Shown here: positions 12,603 to 23,641 of the stretch, in pieces
How the letters are laid out: every line of letters begins with the position of its first letter
Numbering within the stretch: the stretch's first letter is position 1
Origin: Macrostomum lignano
Taxonomy: Eukaryota
Assembly (NCBI GenBank): GCA_002269645.1
Contig: NIVC01002164.1
Location: 1 to 64,000 of the forward strand
DNA: 64,000 nt
Direction of reading: 5' to 3'
Made by a program: the position numbers and the translations under genes
The notes under the pieces: generated by a model
Databases searched by the model: none
What the model was told of the DNA's origin: nothing
What the model saw: only the letters and a program-made list of their open reading frames with translations

Positions 12603-13585
12603 TGGTCGGCTCTGACAAGAATTGATGATTGAGTTCGATGATCTTCGTACAGACTGTGCACCTGCGCTCTCTGTAGACCGAGTCAGCCGCCCAAGCTGGG
12701 AATTAATGGGGCGCGAGTGAAGATCGCATCTGGTTTATAAATCCAGAACGGGCAGGAGTGACGGATCACTGCTCGGCAGCCATTGGCTGCATAGGGGAGC
12801 TACTTGAGAACTGAGCTCATCATCATTTGCTGAAGTCAGCCCGATTCTAGACCCCAGAGTCTCTGGTTTTTCCCCACTCGTATTTGGTTCAGGATCTGCT
12901 AATGCAGAATGGCTCTCCCATCTGCTTTCTATTCTCGATTCAAATCTGGCATTTCCGGGTTGTCCCAAAAGTTCCCGGAATGTCTCTTTCACTAATCAAT
13001 GTGTAAATAAAATTTTACACAGCAAAAACTTTACTGTTGACTCTCAAGTCTCAAGTCTCTCAACCCCCCGGTATCCGCGGGTTGCCAGAATTTCCAGTTT
13101 CATGCATGATACGAGCTGGACTCGTGTAGCTCGATGAAGCGTTTCCCTTTGTCTCGATTTCATCTGACTCTTTTAATACGATTTTCTTCCCTGACTCGCA
13201 CTATGCTCATTTCCGTTTTGATTCGTATCCATTTCCTTTTACCGCCCGTTGGTGGCTAAGGCTGTGGCTTCACATCCTTGACACTTCAGTTTAGCAGCTT
13301 CTTTCACAACTCCGACTCTTCATATCTCAGTTAGGGTTAGGGTTTAGCTGGTAGGAAATGGGAAGCGTCGGAAATATGAAGAGTCGAAGATGAGAAAGCA
13401 CCCTCCCCTACAGGAAGGCTAATTGCACGAGCAGAGCCAAGCCGAGATTCCAGTAATAGCCCAAATTAATTTTTCTGCACTTGAAATCAAGCCACGCTGG
13501 ACCCACTATGCTACGCCCCCCCCCCGAATGACATGCTAAGCAGAATTTAAAAAATTGAAATTTATAACTAATAGACATTTTGAGC

Positions 13586-14128
13586 ATTGGTTGCATTGGT
13601 TAAATACCGGTACATCTTTAGCATGAGCAACGGTGAAGTTGGTTGCATTGGTTACATACCGGTACATCTTTAGCATGAGCAACGGTGAAGTTGGTTGCAT
13701 TGGTTACATACCGGTACATCTTTAGCATGAGCAACGGTGATGGTTGCATTGGTTACATACCGGTACATCTTTAGCATGAGCAACGGTGATGGTTGCATTG
13801 GTTACATACCGGTACATCTTTAGCATGAGCAACGGTGATGGTTGCATTGGTTACATACCGGTACATCTTTAGCATGAGCAACGGTGATGGTTGCATTGGT
13901 TACATACCGGTACATCTTTTGCATGAGCAACGGTGATGGTTGCATTGGTTACATACCGGTACATCTTTAGCATGAGCAACGGTGATGGTTGCATTGGTTA
14001 CATACCGGTACATCTTTTGCATGAGCAACGGTGATGGTTGCATTGGTTACATACCGGTACATCTTTAGCATGAGCAACGGTGAAGTTGGTTGCATTGGTT
14101 ACATACCGGTACATCTTTAGCATGAGCA
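13586..14128. repeat. 49-bp (some 52-bp) tandem repeat, about 11 copies
   Basis: Unit TGGTTGCATTGGTTACATACCGGTACATCTTTAGCATGAGCAACGGTGA. Confidence 0.96.
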
Positions 14129-15403
14129 AATTTTCCTACAAGCGCTCGGCTTACCCAAGACTCTGCGACGCCTCCCGAGGCGATCAAGCCTGGGAGTAAT
14201 CACGCGATCGGCCTCTCAAGAAATTGTCCTTATTACTGACGCGAACGTCTGAGCACGAGCTGAAGATCTCAACGGCTGCTTTCCACTTGATGCTCGCACT
14301 CGTATGTCTGCGTTGCAACATGTAATTTCATTGGCTGTCCCAAGTGTCGCCTTTGATGTGAAATGCAGATGGATGCTGGCCCGGAGTCTTATCTGCTGAG
14401 GCCAGGAGAATTCCGCCGAACTCTTACTCCGCCTGACACTGCCGATATCTTTCACGTTGCTGCAGTAGTAGGAATCAAACAGCATGCTTGAGCATGCAAA
14501 TTAATCTGACAGGACAGCTGAAGTCGCTTGCTTTGATCATTTTTCATCAGCAATACCGCCAATACTAGCTGTGTCTGGGGCGTGTGCCTTTGAACGGTGC
14601 AGTGCAAGCTGGATCCGTGCTTGCAGACACTGTAAGACAAATCAATATCAGCAGAAAAGAAGGCAGACACTGCAGACAGCTACAGTCAGTACAGAGCAAT
14701 CTGAGGATAAAAATCTCATGAGGATCAAAGGGTCTCATGCTGTCTACAATCGAAATCTTCTTCTTGTTTGACCTCCCTAACGATGGTCGAATTGCTAATG
14801 AAGTGCGCGAAGAACGGCAAGAAGACACGCGCGTGCAGACGTCAGAAAAAACTTTTTTTGCCTTCTCCGCTCCGCTACCTATGCGTAAACAATCATAGAC
14901 GGGTTCTTGATTTCTCACGAACTGCAAAGCACTCATTTTTCTCTGCTGTATTTGTCTTTTTAAAGTTTCGCTTTGTGAAAAACCCTCTTAAGTGGGTTAC
15001 TCTTGCGAGCTGAAAAGCCGCTTGGATTTGGACGAGAATCAGCCTCAAGTCTGCTTTGAGAACGCCCTTTCGTAAAGAGATTACTTGATTCAATAAGCCA
15101 CATCAATGTAGGCTGACTGTCGGATCCGTCAAGTTGATGCAGACCCTTACATTACATATAAAATGCTGTACTTTTACTTTGTATATCCTCTGTAGCGCGC
15201 ATATAGGCACGCCATATGCTCGTAGACACGCCTGTCCGTATACATGTAGACGCACGAAGGGCGATCTTCCAGTTTACCGCTCTAAATTATTTTTACACGT
15301 AAAAACGCATTTCAGCAAGGACAAAATGCCAGCAGGACGTCCACCTGCTCCAAGCAACATTGTTCCACCAGGAGAAATGTGACCTACAAATGAGCTCTGT
15401 GAC

Positions 15404-15933
15404 ATGGATACCAACCATCGAGATTTGGTAGTACTACTGCCGGATGCTGATGCAGCTATGCGATGGCTTGCCAAGTACCACCTTCTGAAGAACACTCAGA
15501 AGTGTGATGTCTGCAGCATTGTCATGAGGCTACAACGTCGACAGGAAGCTGAGTATGTTAATGGCTGGTGCTGGTCCTGCAAGGAGTGCACGCGACATCG
15601 ATCAATTCGCCGTGGGTCATTCTTCGAAGGGAGCCATCTATCGCTGGTACAACTAATGGATGTTGTGTACTTCTGGTCACCAAATGCCAAGCTTGCTGAC
15701 ATTGTGCATGAAGTCCGGATTAGTCACACAACTGCTGTAGACTGGCTCAACTTCATTCGTGACGTCTGTGCGCAGTACATCATTGACCATCCAATGCAGC
15801 TGGGCGGTGCTGGAATTGATGTAGCAATCGATGAAAGCAAGTTCATGCACCGCAAGTATCACCAAGGGCAGTACCGAGAAGGCTCATATGGAACATACTC
15901 TACTGGATTTTCCATTACTATCCCATGTGAAAA
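15404..15933 (+). pseudogene. Internally deleted Merlin (IS1595/ISXO2-like) DNA transposase
   Basis: N-terminal CxxC...CxxC zinc ribbon, RSIRRGSFFE, and first catalytic motif GGAGIDVAIDESKFMHRKYHQG. Near 15885 it switches to another frame reading LIWNILYWIFHYYPM*, which resembles the Merlin C-terminus. The second D and the E are missing. Confidence 0.85.
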
Positions 15934-16986
15934 CTCTTGGGTTGGTCCCCCCTATACTTTGACTGCACCAAGTATACTGCACTAGTTAGTTATCTTGGCG
16001 CTAATCACTGATGACCCGCTGACCTGCTAACTCTAAAAAATGACGAAGCAACTTCACTCTGAGCGGTCAACGATTATCCAAGCTCATTAGAGATGCCTTC
16101 ACAGTACCCAATTGCTTCACTTGCGCTGGTGCTTGGGGATCACAAACCCGAAATATCACAGCACCGAAAACGTTATACCAACAATGCCCATCATAAATCC
16201 GAAATATCATAACACCAAAAGTGCTAGCAATGCCCTTTATAGGACCGAAGCTATTCTAGTTTTCAGCGTTATGATGTTTCGGATTTGAGATGGCAACCTG
16301 GCTTTGTCGGGGTTGAATGCATCTTATGGCTCCTTACTCAGTGATGCAGGAACTTCGTCCAGAGGTTCTGTACCTCACCTATCCGGCAAGATTTTTGAGA
16401 TGATTGAATGCAAAAAGGCAGCAAAAAACAGCGAAAAAAAGGACGCGCCAAGCAGGCAAAATTGAAAAAATTACAGTAAAAGTTTCTCCAAAATTTTGTC
16501 TTGATTTGATTTGACAGTTTCAAAATTTGCCAAGAGCCTCTGCTTTCACATCTGTATTTACAGTCCTATACTGCATTCAGGGACACTTCGTTTCTAGAAA
16601 ATTGGAAGACTTACCAAAGTTTTGAGCTTAAAAGTTGATTAGATGGCATCTTAAGAGTACTTATAAGACAAGCAGACCTACTTATAGTAATACATAGTTT
16701 TATGGCTATTACAGCTTCTAATTAAAATCCAAGAGACAGTAAAATGAGTCAAGTGCCAATCCTACCCCGGAATCACCGGAGAAGGAGGTCCGACAACCGG
16801 AGGTTACGGCTAAGCTGGTTTGAACCATAGTTTCCTACCGGCTCAAGAATCCCAGTTATAGCTCCCGGGACAGTCGATGAGTCCTGCGACACCGTCTTCA
16901 GAAGCCGCCTGTTCGACCGTAGAATCGCCGACGCTACTGACGGAGCATTCGATGTTTTTTTCGCGATCGCAATGATTCCGTGAGTG

Positions 16987-17338
<352 letters not shown>

Positions 17339-17425
17339 TCAGGGGCGGATACGGAAATTTATCGAAGAGGGGGCGCACACATAAAACTTGCCTATTGTAA
17401 CAATATCGGCATCTTTTCTATCTGG

Positions 17426-18628
17426 TGTAGTGTGAGCATCTTTGCGTTTATTTTGTTGTAAATTGACTGCATTAGTTTCTATATTGTTATTGAATTGTTA
17501 TTTTGCTTTAGTTAGTCATACGTTTTTGGTGTACTTTTTTCTTGTTAGTTAGAATCTAAATTTGTAAACGGCCTAGAAATCAGACGCCATCTGTGACTCA
17601 GCGGAGGGTTGAGTTTTGTCTGCGAACCCCAGCTTTGCGCGGCCAGCCAATCAGAACCGGCCTGGACCCTGGCACGCGGCAAGTTTCAGTTCTACCCGGC
17701 GCCGCGGGCACAGTTCAATTCGGCTTAAGCAAGCGGCCGGCCAGACGACCACCACCCGGCTTGAGGGGGGTTTTGAGGGGTTGACTCTGACTATATATGA
17801 AAGTGTGTTTTGGCAATCGGATCTCGCTTCTTCTCTCTCCTTTCCCCGGTTTTGTCTTGTCCAGTTCCCGGCCGGTGGCCCGACTTTTCCTCCCCTTGTT
17901 GGTTCGCGCTTTGAGGCGTTTTGATTTCATCACCCCCGGTCCATATCTTTGTTCCCGCCCAACCGCAGTAGTCTTGTGGCGTAACGTCTACGGCAAATTC
18001 CTGTCTGAAGTCGTCGCTGTCAAGCGCGGTTAGATAGAGACTGTCGGATCTGATCAAGTACGCGGCCTCGACCCCGAGGGCCCCAGTGTTACACTGAAGG
18101 GCAGTGCCGATAGAACTTAGTCGGTACTCCGTTGAACGGTCGGTTCGGCAGGGCTCTCGTTTGAGTGTAGGTTCTGGCTTAGGCCAGGGGTTAGGAGTCT
18201 TCTCCGTGGTCCTGTGTTCGGTGCCTTCTTCTTCTTCAGCTGAGATCCCCTTGCCAGTTGCGTAATTAATTTATTAGTTATTAATCGTTATTATCATCTG
18301 TGTCAATTTATCTGCGCCGCGAATTGCATCTTGTAATTGAATCTTGTTGAATCTTGTAACTCAGCTAATCAAATTAAACCGTCAATCAAGTTAGTTGTTC
18401 TTGAAATAGGATTATCACTCTCTAAATCTTTCGGTTTGTGTTTCCTCGTGTTCTTTATTTTCTTGTACTGTACCTGCGGCTATTGGAGAAGACTGGTAGA
18501 ACTCGCCGACCGGCGATAGGCGATTAGGATTAATAGTTTTAAAATCTCCGAACGCTCCAAGTAGGTTTGTCTAGGGCCTAATTAATTGCTTACCGTGCAT
18601 GCTATTATCTAATTGCCTATTTATCACA
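17426..18628 (+). repeat. 5' LTR (1203 bp)
   Basis: TGTAGTGTGAGC...TTATCACA; nearly identical to 26833-28032; contains CCAAT and TATATA motifs. Confidence 0.96.
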
Positions 18629-18630
18629 AG

Positions 18631-18648
18631 TGGAGCCCCTGGGAATCC
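18631..18648 (+). other. Candidate primer-binding site TGGAGCCCCTGGGAATCC
   Basis: Starts with TGG 2 nt after the 5' LTR. The cognate tRNA was not identified. Confidence 0.6.
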
Positions 18649-19155
18649 AATAGTTAGCAGGCGGCAGTTTATTGGTAGGCGCTCTAAGTGAGCAAGCTTA
18701 GACTAAAATTCAACGAGTCTGTTCCAGGCTCGTAGCGGCTATTTCGTCAACCACGCAGTGTGCAGCAACTCCGCATTAGGTGTGGTTTTGCGGTTGGCCA
18801 GTTACCCCAAAATACTGAATAGGATTTAGGAGTGGGAAAAATAAAATTGACTTTCTAAAACTAAAATTAGTACTTTAATAGAAACTTGCGTGTGAAAGTA
18901 GATTTTGTTTACAGTTGAAAATTTTATTAGTGTTTATCAGCATAGTCTGCGAGTGCGCGCACTAGAGAGTACATTGGTTGAATTTGTCTCAGTGTACATT
19001 CAGTTTTTCTTATCAGTTATTGCCAGTGCGAGCGAGGCGACCGATTCCGCTCAGTAGATAAAATAGAAAACTAGATTATTGAAATTGTTATAGCCTTACA
19101 AGTTGTACTTTCTGAAGTTGCAGTAATAGAAATTCCAATTGGTTGAAACTTAGCA

Positions 19156-20391
19156 ATGGCGCAGGACGGAGAAAATAGTCAAGAATCGAAGTCAGTTGAG
19201 ATTAGGAACGAAGGCGAAGTAGATGAGGCCGAACATTTGAGAACAGTAGTGAGAGAACTGCAGGATCGCATAAGAAGAATGGAAACCGAAAATCCCGAAC
19301 CTAGAGTGATTTTGAAGTCGCATAACAGCGTAGCAAAGCCAAAGCCATACCGACTTGGCTCAGATTTCGAATTTTTTCTAAGAATCTTCAACAACTACTG
19401 TCAAGGCAACAGTATAGACGAATCGGCTAAAGTGTATCAACTATTGTCGCTCCTAGACGAAGACGCCTACAAGGTTTACATTAACTTAGGCCTAGCGAGC
19501 ACCGAATCTTTCGAAAGCATCGAAAAGACTTTAAAGGACAAATTTAAGCCCGTAGGACAGAAGGAAGAAGCGAAGCTAGAGCTGATGAACCGCAAGCAGA
19601 AGGAAGACGAATCATTAGAAGAATTTTACGACGCACTAGTTGAATTAGTTAGGAAAGCAGGACTAGAGAGTCAGGCTAGAGAGCGAGTTTCTGAACGATT
19701 TGAAGCCGGCATAGCAAATTATAAAGTCAGGCGCGCAGTTATTGCCTATCGTAGAACCCATGAATCGAAGTATCAGACTCAAGATTTATTGACTGCAGCT
19801 AAGAACGAGGAGATCCTCGAAGAACTCGCAAACCCAGGTAGCCAAAAGAGTAGAAGGAAGCAAGAGGGCTCGAATACGTTAACGGCTCAAGTAGGGAAGG
19901 AACAGACGCCTGTAGCAGCACCCAGCGCGGGCCAAGGCCACCAGTCATTTGGACCTCAGTTTGCTTCCCCGAGCAATTATCCTTCGCAGTACCAATCGTA
20001 CCAGAATTATCAGCCTCAGTTCGACTACAGGCAATGGCAACCTAGGTTCGCCCATAGACAAATGAACCCAAGCTATAGGCCACAGGCACCAGTGCAGCCT
20101 CCGAATAGCTTTCGGCCACAGCATCATATGAGCAGCTATTCAAGACCCTATAACAGGCAGTCTTCGCCATTTGTCAGGCCCGCCATGACACGCCCGCCAC
20201 GCTTTGGTCACGAGGCCGGAGGGGCCAATGACAGGTTCAAACCTTCGGGGGCGAACGCGCCAAATGCGAGAAAGGCCTGTTATGAGTGCGGCGAAGAAAC
20301 TCACCTGGCTAGAGACTGCCCAGTTAGACGAAATTCTTTAAACTACCGACGGGGCGGCACCAAGGGAGGGCCAACCGCCCCCAGCCACTAA
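19156..20391 (+). CDS. gag: Gag (411 aa) with C-terminal CCHC zinc knuckle
   Basis: Capsid-like region (KLELMNRKQKEDESLEEFYDAL), Gln/Pro-rich linker, CYECGEETHLARDC. Confidence 0.93.
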   Translation: MAQDGENSQESKSVEIRNEGEVDEAEHLRTVVRELQDRIRRMETENPEPRVILKSHNSVAKPKPYRLGSDFEFFLRIFNNYCQGNSIDESAKVYQLLSLLDEDAYKVYINLGLASTESFESIEKTLKDKFKPVGQKEEAKLELMNRKQKEDESLEEFYDALVELVRKAGLESQARERVSERFEAGIANYKVRRAVIAYRRTHESKYQTQDLLTAAKNEEILEELANPGSQKSRRKQEGSNTLTAQVGKEQTPVAAPSAGQGHQSFGPQFASPSNYPSQYQSYQNYQPQFDYRQWQPRFAHRQMNPSYRPQAPVQPPNSFRPQHHMSSYSRPYNRQSSPFVRPAMTRPPRFGHEAGGANDRFKPSGANAPNARKACYECGEETHLARDCPVRRNSLNYRRGGTKGGPTAPSH

Positions 20392-20405
20392 ACCTATTCA
20401 CTCCC
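20337..20405 (+). promoter_or_regulatory. -1 programmed ribosomal frameshift signal (U UUA AAC plus downstream stem/pseudoknot)
   Basis: The heptamer is in the correct gag phase and pol is in the -1 frame, which is open from 20328. A 7-nt spacer precedes the GGGGCGG/CCGCCCC stem. Confidence 0.8.
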
Positions 20406-23400
20406 AATAGAAGAGCTGCAGCAGTAGGAGACCAGCGAGTTCGATCAGGCAATGAAGAATATGGCAATTTAGTTTGGTATAATTATTACAGAGGCTACGG
20501 ATTCCTGCGAGATAGCAATAATAGAGATATTTTCTTTCATGTGACTAATACTAATATAGCAACTGATTACGAAATTATGCATTTTCTGCGCCAGAGGGCG
20601 ACAGTAAAATTTATTCGCACTAACGATACTACTCATAGTAGGAAACAGAGAGCGGTCAATGTTAAAATTTGCTCAAGCGAGGAACGCAGATTAGCAGAAA
20701 TTAACAAACAGAAGTCAGCGAGCTTAGCTAGACAGTCAGAGGCATTGACAGAAGAATTAGAGAAGCGAAGCGAAGCTGCGGCAGCTCAGAGAAGTGCATT
20801 GAACAGCATAGACTTGCGACTTAGTGAAGTGGAAGGAAAGAAAGCTTCAGCAGACGAATCTAAAGTAGTAAAAGAATTATCAGATCTAAGAACCGAATTG
20901 AAGGACTTGCGCCAATGCTTGGTAGAAAAAGTCCAAGAAGAATCAACGAAAGAAGAACCTGACAAGAGTGCAACGACAGCAGAACTTAGAGCTGAACTTA
21001 GGGAAATGAAGCAGGAGTTAAGAAAGTTAGAGACAGCCATCCAGCGAGATGTGGCAGCTGAAAAGAAAGCAACAGAGAAGCAAGAAAAGACCGTAGAAGC
21101 AGACATATCTAGCCAATTAGTGAATTCAGGATTATTCCTCGATAGCCAGATTAACGGATTAAGCGAAAAAATATTAGTTGACACCGGCGCCTCGAATTGC
21201 CTAATTGATAATAAATTATATCAGCGCCTCTATCCGGCAAATCATAGTCTGAAGCCATGCTCTGTAAATATGCGATCCGCAAATGGCCAGACTTCAAATT
21301 TATTAGGCCAAGTAGCATTGCGTGTTAGATTCGGGGACTGCGAGATTACGCACCCATTCTATGTTGCTGAAGGCTTACTAACATCATCAATAATAGGCAT
21401 CGACTTGTTAACTAGGCATAAAATTAAATTAGATATAGCAGGCAAATCCTTAGAAATTAGTGATCGCAGAATTCCGCTTGTAACAACGAGTGATGAAACG
21501 CGTTGCGTCCTACTGCAAGTAGTCAAGAAAGTATCTATAGCACCGATGAGCGAAATTTATGTCAAGGCTAAATGTAAAGATACTCCAGAAACTGCAGAAC
21601 TCGGCTTCATTTCAGGCCGCAGTCAAATTAGCGAGAAAGATGAGCCATTAGTAGCTAAAGCTATTACTAGATTAGACGAATTCGGCGAAACTTACGTTAG
21701 ATTAATGAACCTGACAGAAGAGGCACAGACAATTCATAAGGATGAGGTAGTTGCGCAGTATCAACCGATGAAGGAAGAAGTAGAACTTTTCGCTATGTCA
21801 GAAACTGATTTAGAAGTAGGTGCGCAAAAGCAATCGAAGGCAGCAGTCACGATGCAAGAAGCAGAAAGAATTAGGAAGCAATTCCGCTTAAACGAGACCG
21901 ATTTAAGTGAGGCTCAGAAGAGAAAAGTAATTGAATTATTACACCGTTATCAAAATATAGTTTCGAAGGATCAGTGGGATATCGGCAAGACCCAGATGGG
22001 CGAATTCAAGATTGAGACTACCGATGAAATTCCAGTCAGAATTCCCCTGCGCAAGCAAAGCCCTGAGCAACGAGAATTTGTAAGCGGACATGTGCAGCAG
22101 CTGTTAGAGCACGATTTGATTGAGCCCTCAGAATCTGAGTGGAGTTGCCCTATAGTTCTCGCTCGGAAGAAGTCCGGAGAATTCAGATTTTGCTGTGATT
22201 TCAGACAGTTAAATAATAAGACTAAGAAGGACAGTTTTCCGTTACCGCTAATTCAAGAATCGCTGGAATCCCTGGCAGGCAACATGTACTTTAGCACCCT
22301 AGACATGGTCGGCGCTTATTGGTCAGTGAAGGTCAGAGAGACTGACCGCGAGAAATTAGCGTTTCGAACCCATGATGGCCTGTTCCAGTGGAAAGTTTTG
22401 CCTTTCGGAGTCACGAATGGACCCGCTTGCTTTCAGCGCATAATGCAGAAGATCTTAGGCGATTACGCTTATAAGTTCGCTTTACTCTACCTAGATGATG
22501 TTATTTGCACAGGCAAGAATTTCGAAGCAATGCTAAGTAATTTAGAATTAATTTTCTCTCGATTAGCAGATGCTGGTATGAAAATCAAGCCAGAGAAGAC
22601 CTTTCTGTTTCGGAAAGAAGTCACCTTCCTAGGGCACACCGTCTGTCAACACGGTATCTATACCAGCAAAGATAAGATAGAAAAAGTCCAAACATGGCCC
22701 CGGCCAGAGAATATCTCTGAGCTGCGCGGATTCTTAGGCTTAGCCGGCTACTATCGCAGATTTATTAAAGACTTTGCGCGAATAAGCGAGCCTTTAAATA
22801 ATTTAACTAGAAAAGATGTCAAGTATAAGTGGGATGACGATTGCCAGAAGGCATTCGATCTATTAAAGCAGAAGCTAGTAAGCGCACCTGTACTGAGCTA
22901 CCCCAGGTTCGATAGCGACGCGGGACCGTTCATCCTCGATGTCGACGCCTGTGACGTAGCTATAGGTGGAAATTTATTACAAGAGCAAGATGGGGAAGAA
23001 AAAGTAATAGCCTATGCTTCGCATCCGTTAAATGAGCATCAGTTGAATTACTGCACTACGATGAAGGAAATGTTTGCGCTGATATATTTCTTAGAACATT
23101 ACCGGCCTTATCTGGTCGGCCGTCGTTTCAAGGTCAGGACAGACCACGCGGCCCTCCAATGGCTACGCAAGTGCCACGGTGCAAAAGGCATGCTAGGCAG
23201 ATGGAATATGATCCTTGAGCAGTTTGATCAGTTTGAAGTAATTTCGAGAATGGAGGAATATGACTTTGCAATTCAGTACCGCCAAGGGATTGCCCATGGT
23301 AACGCAGACGCCCTGAGTCGCAGACCTCAGCGGGATGGTCCCCTGAAACGCTACCATGAGGAATGCCCCACTTGCAGTGCGACGAAGACAGCAACAGTCC

Positions 23401-23641
23401 ACTGCGGTGCAATTAATATCGATACGCCAGCAGGAATTGTAGAACTGCAGGAGAGCCAGCCAGAGTTGCTGCTGCTCAAGCAAAAGCTCAGACAGGGAGA
23501 GCCCTGTCCACCCAAGAATGAATGGGTTGGAATGAGCCGCAGTTATAAGTCATTATTTAGCGATTATGAGCAGCTATTAGTGAAAAATGACATAATTTAC
23601 AGGAATTGGATAGATTCCGAAGGCCGAAAATTTGAGCAGAT
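20340..23641 (+). CDS. pol: Pol part 1: cold-shock domain, coiled coil, aspartic protease, reverse transcriptase, RNase H
   Basis: CSD motifs WYNYYRGYGFL...DIFFH; protease LVDTGASNC; RT FCCDFRQLN, LPFG, YLDD; RNase H FILDVDAC...KEMFAL...TDHAAL. Confidence 0.92.

Noticed and set aside
13331-13347. TTAGGG telomere-like sequence
   Set aside because: Only two perfect units, compatible with chance.
14140-15130. Possible coding exon or transposon remnant
   Set aside because: No frame gave a recognisable motif.
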